Source: Candidatus Poribacteria bacterium (lineage in GTDB: Bacteria > Poribacteria > WGA-4E > PCPOR2b). From it: 64,000 bases of DNA. Positions within the stretch are counted from its first letter, which is position 1; every line of letters begins with the position of its first letter. A program made the position numbers and the translations under genes. The stretch is from NCBI GenBank assembly GCA_965208325.1, contig OZ242326.1:1504001-1568000 (forward strand), written 5' to 3'. The notes beneath the pieces are model-generated. The model was not told the DNA's origin. It saw only the letters and a program-made list of their open reading frames with translations, and ran no database searches. This document shows, piece after piece, positions 39,834-48,931 of this stretch.

Positions 39834-41441
39834 ATGGCAAGACACATTTTTGTTACTGGTGGCGTAATTTCCGGCATCGGAAAAGGAATTACAACCGCAT
39901 CTCTTGGACGCCTACTCATCAATCGCGGGTTCAAGGTTATGGCAATTAAAATTGACCCGTACCTCAATTTAGATGCCGGTACAATGAATCCGTTTGAACA
40001 TGGTGAAGTGTTTGTGACGCGGGACGGTGCGGAAACCGACCTCGATCTCGGCAATTACGAGAGATTCACGGGAATTGACCTCAATCAAAACTCTTATATT
40101 ACCTCCGGCTCGGTGTATAGCGAGGTGATTGCGAAAGAACGGCGCGGCGATTATCTCGGAAAAACCGTGCAACTGATTCCGCATCTCACCGATGAGATTA
40201 AGGGACGCATATATCAGATGGGGCGTGACAACGACGCCGAAGTGATTATTACGGAGATTGGCGGAACCATCGGAGATTTTGAGACACCGCCGTTTGTAGA
40301 AGCTATTCGACAGATGGCGGTAGAGGTTGGCCGCGAGAATACGCTGTTCATTCATGTGTCGCTAATATATACCCTTCCTAACGGCGAAAGCAAGAGCAAA
40401 CCGACCCAACACAGCATCCGAACGCTGCAAGAGTACGGTATCCAACCCGATCTCCTAATTTGCCGCACAAGTCACCCCATAGAAGAGGGAATGCGAAAGA
40501 AAATTTCGCTCCTCTGCGGACTTCAGGAGGAGTACATCGTTGAAGGCCTCGACACCAATTTAGTCGACGAGATTCCGCTGAACTTTGAACGGCAAGGTAT
40601 GGCGCATTTGGTGATAAAAAAATTAGGACTCGAGGACCGGCCGCCAATCAATACCGAGTGGGCAGGGATGGTGGAAAAACTCCGACGTCCAAAACAAAGT
40701 ACCCGAATCGCAATCGTGGGCAAGTATGTGAAGGGATCCGATACCTACCTCAGTGTTCAAGAGGCGCTCAAGCATGGGGGAATTGCCAATGAGTCCGCCG
40801 TAAATATCAAGTGGATTGACTCTGAGACGCTAATTGATAACCAAAACTTCGCCGAACAATTCCAGGGAATCGGCGGCATTCTCGTCCCCGGCGGGTTTGG
40901 TGTGCGAGGCATTGAAGGCATGATTATTGCCATTCGCTACGCCCATGAGAATTACATCCCCTTTTTCGGACTATGCCTCGGTATGCAGTGCATGGTGATC
41001 GAGTTTGCGCGGAATGTTGCGAATCTGAAGAACGCAAACAGTTCTGAATTCGATCCGGAAACACCCCACCCCGTTATCGATTTGATGCTAGATCAGCAAG
41101 ACAAATCCAATCTTGGTGGTACCATGCGGTTAGGGCTCTACCCGTGCGTCTTGAAGATGAACACCAAGAGCTATGCAGCCTACGGCCAACCGATCATTCT
41201 TGAACGGCATCGCCATCGATACGAGCTGAATAATCGGTATCGGGATCAACTTGAATCAGAGGGGCTGTGTCTGAGCGGCCTATCCCCCGACGATAGCCTC
41301 GTTGAAATTGCTGAAGTCGCCGATCACCCTTGGATGGTCGGTTCCCAGTTTCACCCTGAATTTCAGTCCAAACCGCTGGTTCCCCACCCACTGTTTCGTG
41401 ATTTCATTCAAGCCGCCTTACAGTATCAACAGGGTCGATAG
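39834..41441 (+). CDS. pyrG: CTP synthase
   Basis: TGGVISGIGKG, KPTQHS, GLCLGMQ, ERHRHRYE, QFHPEF. Confidence 0.97.
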   Translation: MARHIFVTGGVISGIGKGITTASLGRLLINRGFKVMAIKIDPYLNLDAGTMNPFEHGEVFVTRDGAETDLDLGNYERFTGIDLNQNSYITSGSVYSEVIAKERRGDYLGKTVQLIPHLTDEIKGRIYQMGRDNDAEVIITEIGGTIGDFETPPFVEAIRQMAVEVGRENTLFIHVSLIYTLPNGESKSKPTQHSIRTLQEYGIQPDLLICRTSHPIEEGMRKKISLLCGLQEEYIVEGLDTNLVDEIPLNFERQGMAHLVIKKLGLEDRPPINTEWAGMVEKLRRPKQSTRIAIVGKYVKGSDTYLSVQEALKHGGIANESAVNIKWIDSETLIDNQNFAEQFQGIGGILVPGGFGVRGIEGMIIAIRYAHENYIPFFGLCLGMQCMVIEFARNVANLKNANSSEFDPETPHPVIDLMLDQQDKSNLGGTMRLGLYPCVLKMNTKSYAAYGQPIILERHRHRYELNNRYRDQLESEGLCLSGLSPDDSLVEIAEVADHPWMVGSQFHPEFQSKPLVPHPLFRDFIQAALQYQQGR

Positions 41442-41520
41442 TTTAAAAATTAGCGGCCCCGTTAAACAATCTACACCCAAGCATGTTCCGTACCAGATGA
41501 TTCTTGGGAAATGAGGATAT

Positions 41521-43452
41521 GTGAGCACATTCTCGAACACCGAATCTAATAAGAACCCGGCTAGTATCCCCTTTAGAGTGTTCGTCATCGGACTCGCATT
41601 GGCGCTCGTAAACACCTATTGGATTGCGACAAATGACCTTATCATTGGTCCGCTGCATAACTACATGTCGCTCTTTAGTAATGCCATTTTCACCCTGTTT
41701 GTCCTGATTCTCCTGAATTTCGTTCTGAAGAAACTCCTACCAAAAACCGCCCTGTCCGACTCCGACCTTCTAGTTGTCTACGTCATGGTTGTTATGGTGA
41801 CGACGGTGTCCGGACACACCAGCATGAACAAGTTGGTAGGTACGCTTGCCCACCCCTTCTGGTTTGACACAGAAGAAAATGATTGGCGGAATCTGTTCTG
41901 GCGGCACATCCCCGATTGGTTTGCAATTCAAGACAAGAACGTGCTGCAAGGATTTTTCCTCGGTGAGACCTCCTTCTTCACGCAACAATATTTCACGGCT
42001 TGGATTGTTCCATTGCTTTGTTGGTCCGCCTTTATGTTTGTTCTCTATTTCGTCCTCATCTGCATTAACACGGTTATCAGGAGACAGTTTACCGACCACG
42101 AACGCCTCACCTACCCGATTACGTGGATGCCATTGGAGATGGGGCGCGACACTACCGCTTTTTTAAAGAGTAAATTAATGTGGGTGGGTTTTGGTATCGC
42201 GGCTGGAATTAGTCTGCTGAATGGCCTACACGTCTTATATCCCGCAGTACCGTCTGTCCGTGTTGGGTGGCAGCATTTCAATTTTCCCGACAAGCCGTGG
42301 AGTTACATGCGCGGGACACTCATCTCATTCCAGCCTTTCGTCATCGGATTGTCCTTTTTTATGCCGCTCGACCTCGCTTTTTCCGCCTGGTTCTTCTACA
42401 TTTTCAAAAAAGTGACCCTGATTTTGATGGGGGTTGCCGGGTGGCGAAACCTTTACTTTGATGAACAGGCACAAGGTGCCTGGACTGCGTTGGGCATCTT
42501 GGCGCTATGGGTCGGGCGAAAACACCTAAAGCGGGTTATCACCCACGTAGCAACCGCAAAGGCGGGCATAGACGATTCGAGAGAGTCTATGTCTTATCGG
42601 GCTGCGATATTGGGTATCATCGGCGGGGTATTGTTCTTCCTCTGGTTTGCTTACAGTGCAGGTTTCTCTTATTGGGTTATTTTGCTCTTTTTGGGGCTAT
42701 ACTGTTGCGGCGCCATCGGTTTGACAAAGGTCAGAGCTAGCCTTGGCGTAGCTGTACACGAACTGCTTTGGGTGGATCCCGGTCGAACAATGGTCACATC
42801 TATCGGTACCCGGGCATACGGTCCCCGAAACTTGACCATTCTCAACTTTTTTTATTGGCTGAATCGAGACCAGCCGGCGCATCCGATGCCAAATCAATTA
42901 GAAGCCTTCCGCATTGGTGAACAATCCAATATAAACAGCCGGCAACTCGTGTGGGCGATGTTAATTACCCTCGCTGTGTGTATTCCGGCAACTTTTCTGA
43001 TATATCTCAACATAGAGTATCGGGAGGGTGCGTCAAATTCGAGGTCTTTTATTCAGTGGGTCGGAGTGGAAAGTTTTGGACGGCGCCTTCAGCCGTGGTT
43101 GACTTTTCCGACCGGACCAAATTACTTCACAATCGGCGCAATGGGCTTAGGATTTGGCGTGACCACTTTTCTCCTAATCATGAAGATGAAGTTTCTCTGG
43201 TGGCCATTTCACCCGGTCGGTTATGTGCTCGGAGTGAGTCCGGCGGAGATGGTCTACATCTGGGTGCCGGTGCTTATTAGCTGGTCGTGCAAGCTCGCCA
43301 TCCTCAGGTACGGCGGTTTACGCGCTTATCGCCGAGCCATACCATTCTTTGCCGGATTGATACTGGGCGACTATTCCATGGGCTGCATGTGGAGCATCAT
43401 CAGTGCGGTGTTTAACGTCTCAACCTATAATATGGCATGGCACGGCCGCTAA
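41521..43452 (+). CDS. Polytopic membrane protein, DUF6785/DUF6784 (OPT-like) family
   Basis: Many TM helices, ERLTYPI, WWPFHPVGY, PFFAGLILGD. Confidence 0.7.
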   Translation: MSTFSNTESNKNPASIPFRVFVIGLALALVNTYWIATNDLIIGPLHNYMSLFSNAIFTLFVLILLNFVLKKLLPKTALSDSDLLVVYVMVVMVTTVSGHTSMNKLVGTLAHPFWFDTEENDWRNLFWRHIPDWFAIQDKNVLQGFFLGETSFFTQQYFTAWIVPLLCWSAFMFVLYFVLICINTVIRRQFTDHERLTYPITWMPLEMGRDTTAFLKSKLMWVGFGIAAGISLLNGLHVLYPAVPSVRVGWQHFNFPDKPWSYMRGTLISFQPFVIGLSFFMPLDLAFSAWFFYIFKKVTLILMGVAGWRNLYFDEQAQGAWTALGILALWVGRKHLKRVITHVATAKAGIDDSRESMSYRAAILGIIGGVLFFLWFAYSAGFSYWVILLFLGLYCCGAIGLTKVRASLGVAVHELLWVDPGRTMVTSIGTRAYGPRNLTILNFFYWLNRDQPAHPMPNQLEAFRIGEQSNINSRQLVWAMLITLAVCIPATFLIYLNIEYREGASNSRSFIQWVGVESFGRRLQPWLTFPTGPNYFTIGAMGLGFGVTTFLLIMKMKFLWWPFHPVGYVLGVSPAEMVYIWVPVLISWSCKLAILRYGGLRAYRRAIPFFAGLILGDYSMGCMWSIISAVFNVSTYNMAWHGR

Positions 43453-43541
43453 ATGCCCATCCGAAATCCGTATAGTGCGATTTCCAATTCAGATAAGACT
43501 GAACGCACCGCCATATTTTCAATACCGGAGTTTAAGATATT

Positions 43542-44306
43542 ATGAGACTAGAGAACAAAGTTGCTATTGTCACCGGAGCAGCTCAGGGTATGGGCTTCGC
43601 AACAGCAAAGATATTCACCCAACAGGGAGCTAAGGTGGCTATGGTAGATGTGAACACTGAGAAGCTCCTGCAGGCGGGTAAAGTTGTAGAATCCCTTGGC
43701 GCGAAGCCACTGATGCTCGACATTGACATCAGTGATTCTACGGCTGTAAGGCACGCTGTCCAAGACGTACACAACGCTTGGGAACGAGTAGACGTGTTGG
43801 TCAACAACGCGGCAATCCAGTCACCCGGCGGTAATTTCGTTAACGCAACCGACGAGGTCTGGGACCGCTATTTGGCCGTCAACGTCAAAAGCGCCGGGTT
43901 TCTGGTCAGAGAAGTCATTCCCTTGATGCAGCAGCAGAAAGGCGGAAGCATCATCAACATCGGGTCGATTTCTGCGATGGTTGTTTTCCCGGGGCAAGCG
44001 GTATACGCCGCAACCAAAGGGGCTATCCTGCAGTTGACCCGCGCTATCGCAGTAGACTTCGGAAAGGACGGGATTCGCGCAAACTGCATCTGTCCCGGTC
44101 CGACCCTCTCTGGTCCCCTAGCAAACGGGGTTTCCGAAGATGGTTCGTTAAATCCGGAGTTAGCAGATTTAGCGAACATGCATCCCCTTCAACGTCTCGC
44201 GCAACCTGAAGATATCGCTCATGCCTCTCTATTTTTGGCTTCGGACGAATCTCGGCATGTCACCGGGGTTGTGCTGCCTGTAGATGGCGGCTTTACCGCT
44301 AGATAG
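43542..44306 (+). CDS. SDR family oxidoreductase
   Basis: TGAAQGMG, NNAA, YAATKG, VDGG. Confidence 0.92.
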   Translation: MRLENKVAIVTGAAQGMGFATAKIFTQQGAKVAMVDVNTEKLLQAGKVVESLGAKPLMLDIDISDSTAVRHAVQDVHNAWERVDVLVNNAAIQSPGGNFVNATDEVWDRYLAVNVKSAGFLVREVIPLMQQQKGGSIINIGSISAMVVFPGQAVYAATKGAILQLTRAIAVDFGKDGIRANCICPGPTLSGPLANGVSEDGSLNPELADLANMHPLQRLAQPEDIAHASLFLASDESRHVTGVVLPVDGGFTAR

Positions 44307-44345
44307 AAAAAATTGTCCAAGAGTCAATAACCACTTATATTTGCC

Positions 44346-44375
44346 TTGACACGTGGATTTACCATCTGTTAAAAT
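44346..44375 (+). promoter_or_regulatory. Sigma70-like promoter with no downstream ORF
   Basis: TTGACA-N18-TAAAAT with extended -10 TG. Confidence 0.5.
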
Positions 44376-44427
44376 TTAGAAAAGATACCGTGCTGTTTAA
44401 AATTTAAAATATTATCATTTAACGGCG

Positions 44428-44467
44428 AGGCGAGGGCGCTGTGCGGTGCCACCCTCGCCTTTTTTTT
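44428..44467 (+). terminator. Intrinsic terminator
   Basis: AGGCGAGGG...CCCTCGCCT stem followed by T8. Confidence 0.8.
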
Positions 44468-44599
44468 CGACAGCGCGGAACATGCCTGAATAATCAGTCG
44501 GACCGGCGCCGAACGCGTCTAATTAGCGAAATAAATGTGGTTGGCATTGTGGCATAAAATCAATACAGTAAATCGAGAATTCAACCCTAACCGTGCGAA

Positions 44600-44823
44600 G
44601 TGTCCCAAAATGGAAACACCGATTTTAGGGCACGAAAGGGCACAAAAGGGCACTTTCAGACTCATTGAACCGCGCGCCGTTAGGCAAGCGCCGGACATGC
44701 CGCCGAGCCAATGTTGGACGGGATTCTCAAGCGTTTGGATATTCAAAAATCAACCCAAAATTTGCCCACAGCAGTGAGTGCCCCCAAGGCCAAAATCACA
44801 TTGGTAAGGACACCTTGGGACAC
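44600..44823. mobile_element. MITE-like non-coding element, copy 1
   Basis: Terminal inverted repeat GTGTCCCAA/TTGGGACAC; three AGGGCAC repeats at 10-bp period; homologous copy at 46307-46513. Confidence 0.5.
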
Positions 44824-44922
44824 AGTGAAAGACAGGAACTCAATCGCAAATCCTACCGCGAACAACCAATACTCAACAGCCAAAGCCGAAATTTACGAGA
44901 ATGTGCAATGCGCATAATTAAA

Positions 44923-44947
44923 GTAGAAGGCATACGCCGTGTGCCGT
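44923..44947 (+). repeat. REP hairpin
   Basis: GTAG-AA-GGCATAC-GCC-GTGTGCC; related copies at 46521-46620. Confidence 0.6.
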
Positions 44948-45004
44948 AATTGACGTCACGATGTCAACATTGTGTTGACGTTTTTTAAACGATAGGATTT
45001 TGGA

Positions 45005-45033
45005 TTGAAAGCGCAAGTTTTTTTTGATATAAT
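45005..45033 (+). promoter_or_regulatory. Sigma70 promoter of LamG gene 1
   Basis: TTGAAA-N17-TATAAT, extended -10, T8 in spacer; conserved in the duplicate. Confidence 0.75.
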
Positions 45034-45208
45034 ACCTGCAGTTTACATGTCCTTTCCAAACAACCTGAATGTGGAATAGAGTTTTTGAGAGCGCGCAAGT
45101 TTGGCGGCGTATGGATAGGATTGTGATGTGTGATTGTAATTGGAGCATAACTTATCATCTACAAAGGATTGTCCAACGTAATCAATCCGTAGAAAGGGAG
45201 GCAATGTC

Positions 45209-46000
45209 ATGTCCAGTATTGAAAGGAAGATTTTAATTGGATGTGTAGTTTTATTTGCTCTTGGATTCGCGCTGCAAAGTTCGTACGCCGCGATTGATCC
45301 AAACACTATTGTTGGCGTTTGGACTTTTGAGGAGGGGGTGGGTGAGGAAGTCAGGGATATCTCGGGTAATGGCAATGACGGGATGTTCTTGGGCAACCCG
45401 AAATGGGTTGACGGAAAATTTGGCACTGCTCTGGATTTCAAGAGTTTGGGCGATGTTGTACACATCCCCGAATTTGGTCTGGTCGCGCCTCAAAAAGAGG
45501 CAACAATTACCTTCTGGACCGAGCTTGGAGATACGCAGGATTGCGATATTCTAAGTTTTGACCCGCTTGATGGAGCCAACCGTATCACCATTCACTTTCC
45601 ATGGGGCAACGGTGTTGTTTGGCAGCACGGCACCGACCAGCATGTTGCAGCAGGCGGAATGCCGAAGGAAACGCTGAATAACTGGGAATTTTGGGCTTTC
45701 ATCGGCAGTACCAGAGGGAACTACATGAGAATCCTGCGAAATATGGAAGAGTTTGATTTGAGGGAGGATACAGCTACGGCGAAGCCCGCTTTTGTCGCTT
45801 CTGAACAAACTTGGAGCATCGGCGGCCGCCAAGGGTCGTCGTATACTGGAATCATCGATGAAGTCGGGGTGTTCGAAGCGGCTCTCAGCGACGAGGATTT
45901 GACTGAAATTATGGAAAATGGCTTGGAAATAACCGCCTTTGCAGTCCACCCGTCGGAAAAAATGACGACCACTTGGGGAAAGATTAAGCGAAAAAACTAA
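45209..46000 (+). CDS. Secreted LamG-like jellyroll protein 1
   Basis: Signal peptide, DISGNGNDG..WVDGKFG.ALDF, GIIDEVGVF..ALS, C-terminal AVHPSEKMTTTWGKIK. Confidence 0.88.
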   Translation: MSSIERKILIGCVVLFALGFALQSSYAAIDPNTIVGVWTFEEGVGEEVRDISGNGNDGMFLGNPKWVDGKFGTALDFKSLGDVVHIPEFGLVAPQKEATITFWTELGDTQDCDILSFDPLDGANRITIHFPWGNGVVWQHGTDQHVAAGGMPKETLNNWEFWAFIGSTRGNYMRILRNMEEFDLREDTATAKPAFVASEQTWSIGGRQGSSYTGIIDEVGVFEAALSDEDLTEIMENGLEITAFAVHPSEKMTTTWGKIKRKN

Positions 46001-46021
46001 TTTCCTGTTGCTAAGCCATTT

Positions 46022-46171
46022 GCGAAGCCTTTAACGCTTACCTAAACGGCGAACCGGTTCTTACAACGGAGAGTTTTGACGGAGCGCCGATCCGAAGCAC
46101 TAATCCCAAACCCATGACAGCACCCTACATGATTTATCCGGAACAACCAATCCAAACCGGCGTGGGTAAAG
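46022..46171 (+). pseudogene. Internal fragment of LamG gene 3
   Basis: 150 bp nearly identical to 48284-48433. Confidence 0.85.
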
Positions 46172-46187
46172 AAGGTCGGTGGAAATA

Positions 46188-46304
46188 ATGTCTAGCGCTG
46201 TGGCAAGGCTGGCTGTCGTGTGTACCGGTTTCGCGGTTCTTTGGTCCATCCCCGCATGCTCAGGTCATGCCGCAATTGACTCTGAGTCCATTGTCGCAAT
46301 ATGA
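46188..46304 (+). pseudogene. Frameshifted N-terminal remnant of another LamG gene
   Basis: MSSAVARLAVVCTGFAVL, then in a shifted frame HAAIDSESIVAI* (compare YAAIDPNTIVGVW in gene 1); ends at the MITE-like copy 2. Confidence 0.55.
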
Positions 46305-46306
46305 GA

Positions 46307-46513
46307 AATGTTCTTAAAATGAAAACCCCGATTTTAGGACACAAAAGACACTATTGGACTCATTGTCGCCGCCGCATTTAGGCGTGTGCCGGACATGCTG
46401 TCGAGCTAGTGTTTGACGGGATTCTCAAGTATTTGGATATTCGAAAATCAACCAAGATTTTTACGGCGGACGTGAGTGTCACCAAGAACACAATCGCACG
46501 GGGTAGGACACTT
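46307..46513. mobile_element. MITE-like non-coding element, copy 2 (diverged)
   Basis: Collinear with 44600-44816 (CCGATTTTAGG, GACTCATTG, CCGGACATGC, GACGGGATTCTCAAG, TTTGGATATTC, AGGACAC). Confidence 0.5.
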
Positions 46514-46520
46514 ACGCGAA

Positions 46521-46620
46521 TTACGGCATCCGCTGTATGCTGTTAAAGTAGCAGGCATACTCCGTATGCCGTAATTCTCGTCGCCATAAAGTAGTACAGT
46601 ACCATGCTCCGTATGCCGTG
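46521..46620. repeat. REP cluster
   Basis: ACGGCATCCGCTGTATGC, GTAGCAGGCATACTCCGTATGCCGT, CTCCGTATGCCGT. Confidence 0.6.
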
Positions 46621-46677
46621 TTTCACGTGCCAAAACCAACATCGTGCTGACGATTATTTAAATGATAGGTTTTTGGG

Positions 46678-46706
46678 TTGAAAGCACAAGTTTTTTTTGA
46701 TATAAT
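46678..46706 (+). promoter_or_regulatory. Sigma70 promoter of LamG genes 2-3
   Basis: TTGAAA-N17-TATAAT, T8 in spacer. Confidence 0.75.
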
Positions 46707-46881
46707 ACCGGCAAATTACATGTCCTTTCCAATCAACCTGAATCTTGAGCAGCCCTTTTGAGAGCGCACAAGTTTGGCGGCGCATGGATGGGCTTGTGAT
46801 GTGTACATGTAATTGAGGCATAACTAATCATCTACAAAGGATTGTCCAACGTTATCAATCCGTAGAAAGGAAGGCAATGCG

Positions 46882-47673
46882 ATGTCAGGTATTGTAAGGA
46901 AGATTTTAAATGGTTGCGTAGTTTTAATTGCTCTTGGATTCGCGCTGCAAAGTTCGTACGCCGCGATTAATCCAAACACCATAGTTGCCGCATATACCTT
47001 TGAAGAGGGTGAGGGTGAAGAGGTCAGGGATATCTCGGGTAATGGCAATGACGGGATGTTCTTGGGCAACCCCAAATGGGTTGACGGAAAATTTGGCACC
47101 GCTCTGGATTTCAAGAGCTTGGGTGATGTTGTACACATCCCCGAATTTGGTCTGGTCGCGCCTCAAAAAGAGGCAACAATTACCTTTTGGACAGAACTTG
47201 GAGATACGCAGGATTGCGATATTCTAAGTTTTGACCCGCTTGACGGAGCGAACCGTATCACCATCCACTTTCCCTGGGGTAACGGTGTTGTGTGGCAGCA
47301 CGGCACCGACCAGCACTTTGCAGGCGGCGGAATACCAAAGGATACGCTGAATAACTGGGAGTTTTGGGCTTTCATCGGCAGTACCAGAGGGAACTACCTG
47401 AGAATCCTGCGAAATATGGAAGAGTTTGATTTAAGGGAGGACACAGCTACGGCCAAGCCTGCTTTTGTCGCCTCTGAACAAACTTGGAGCATCGGCGGCC
47501 GCCAAGGGTCGTCGTATACTGGAATCATCGATGAAGTCGGGGTGTTCGAAGCGGCTCTCAGCGACGAGGATTTGACTGAAATTATGGAAAATGGCTTGGA
47601 AATAACCGCCTTTGCAGTCCACCCGTCGGAAAAAATGACGACCACTTGGGGAAAGATTAAGGAAAAACACTAA
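46882..47673 (+). CDS. Secreted LamG-like jellyroll protein 2 (recent paralogue of gene 1)
   Basis: Same length (263 aa) and near-identical to 45209-46000. Confidence 0.88.
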   Translation: MSGIVRKILNGCVVLIALGFALQSSYAAINPNTIVAAYTFEEGEGEEVRDISGNGNDGMFLGNPKWVDGKFGTALDFKSLGDVVHIPEFGLVAPQKEATITFWTELGDTQDCDILSFDPLDGANRITIHFPWGNGVVWQHGTDQHFAGGGIPKDTLNNWEFWAFIGSTRGNYLRILRNMEEFDLREDTATAKPAFVASEQTWSIGGRQGSSYTGIIDEVGVFEAALSDEDLTEIMENGLEITAFAVHPSEKMTTTWGKIKEKH

Positions 47674-47754
47674 TTACCGGTCGCCTAAGCGATTTGCGTA
47701 ACCTAACACAAAAACAGTTTAAGTCATGAATTCGTCTTCTCAAGGAGGTTTACC

Positions 47755-48612
47755 ATGTTTCGTATTGCTTACATTATTGCCGTCTTGGGCTTGTGTGTAA
47801 TCGCAAGCATCGGTTCGGCAGACGTGATGGATGGTGTCATTTCCGTCTGGAATTTTAATGACGGTACCGCTAATGACCTGTATGGCCGTAACAACGGAAT
47901 TGTGAACGGCGGTGTCCAATTCGTTGATGGCAGGATTCAATTGGGCGTTGACCTGAATGGGATAGATGCATCGGTCGATATTCCCCACGGTCCCACCATG
48001 GATCCGATGGAAAATGCGTGGAGCGTTGCCGCATGGGCGTTCATTCGCAATGGTGGAGACGCTTGGCCCATTGTCTGGAAGGGTGAGCAACTCGGCGGAG
48101 GTCCACTCTTCATGTTTCGTTTATGCACTAACAGCAACGTCGCTCTGACATGGGGCGCCAATAATGTCAAAGGTTCCGTGCATAACGAGAAAGAGCCGGG
48201 CGCAATCACGGCCGAGGGATGGTTCCATTCTAATCGCGTGTACATGACCGGTGAATGGATCCACGTAGCGGAAATCGCGAACGGCGAAACCTTTAACGCT
48301 TACCTAAACGGCGAACCGGTTCTTACAACGGAAAGTTTTGACGGAGCTCCGTTCCGAAGCACTGATCCCAAACCCATGACAGCACCCTACATGATTTATC
48401 CGGAACAACCTATCCAAATCGGTGTGGGTAAAGGTTGGGGCGGTGAAAATGATTTCAGGTATCTTGATGCAATCGTTGATGAGGTCGTGATTTACGACCG
48501 CGCGATTTCGCACGACGAACTTAACGAACTCATGGACTTCGACTGGCCGACGGTAGCAGTTGAACCGAAGGATAAGCTCGCCGTCAGATGGGCTGAAATC
48601 AAAAACGAGTAA
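47755..48612 (+). CDS. Secreted LamG-like jellyroll protein 3
   Basis: Signal peptide, WNFNDG.AND..G.NNG, WIHVA, DEVVIYDRAIS, C-terminal AVEPKDKLAVRWAEIK. Confidence 0.88.
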   Translation: MFRIAYIIAVLGLCVIASIGSADVMDGVISVWNFNDGTANDLYGRNNGIVNGGVQFVDGRIQLGVDLNGIDASVDIPHGPTMDPMENAWSVAAWAFIRNGGDAWPIVWKGEQLGGGPLFMFRLCTNSNVALTWGANNVKGSVHNEKEPGAITAEGWFHSNRVYMTGEWIHVAEIANGETFNAYLNGEPVLTTESFDGAPFRSTDPKPMTAPYMIYPEQPIQIGVGKGWGGENDFRYLDAIVDEVVIYDRAISHDELNELMDFDWPTVAVEPKDKLAVRWAEIKNE

Positions 48613-48629
48613 GACAACTCACCTTAAGG

Positions 48630-48931
48630 ATGTCTAAACGAAGAGGCCGGTCCTGCGTAGTGACGAATGTGCGTGGTCCGGCTTTTTCCGTTTTGACCAC
48701 CTCAACACGCATAGAATTAGAACATCACTGCAAAAAGGGAATATCGCTGGTCGAAGAGGTTCGTCATATACAGGCATTATTGACGAACTTGGGGTTTTCA
48801 ATGCAGCCCTTAGCAACGGCGATATTCAAAGTATTATGGACAAAGGGTTGCCGCAGACCGCCTTGGCTGAAGCGGTCTCCCCGTTAGGCAAGTTGACCAC
48901 TACTTGGAGCCAAATTAAAACGCGAGACTAA
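48630..48931 (+). pseudogene. Remnant of a fourth LamG gene (C-terminus intact)
   Basis: Hand translation of 48740-48931 gives NIAGRRGSSYTGIIDELGVFNAALSNGDIQSIMDKGL...AVSPLGKLTTTWSQIKTRD*; the central domain is missing. The 5' boundary is tentative. Confidence 0.75.

Noticed and set aside
44368..44425. tracrRNA-like GTTAAAAT motif
   Set aside because: Short AT-rich match only; no CRISPR array or cas gene is in the window.
44519..45148. Short ORFs in the LamG upstream region (also 46448-46642)
   Set aside because: No recognisable motifs, frames are not conserved between the duplicated copies, and they overlap repeat elements.
46022..46171. Diversity-generating retroelement template repeat for LamG gene 3 (48284-48433)
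   Set aside because: Mismatches are not adenine-specific (G/A, G/T, A/T, A/G, A/T, C/T, C/T). No reverse transcriptase is in the window, and a microhomology deletion explains the fragment.
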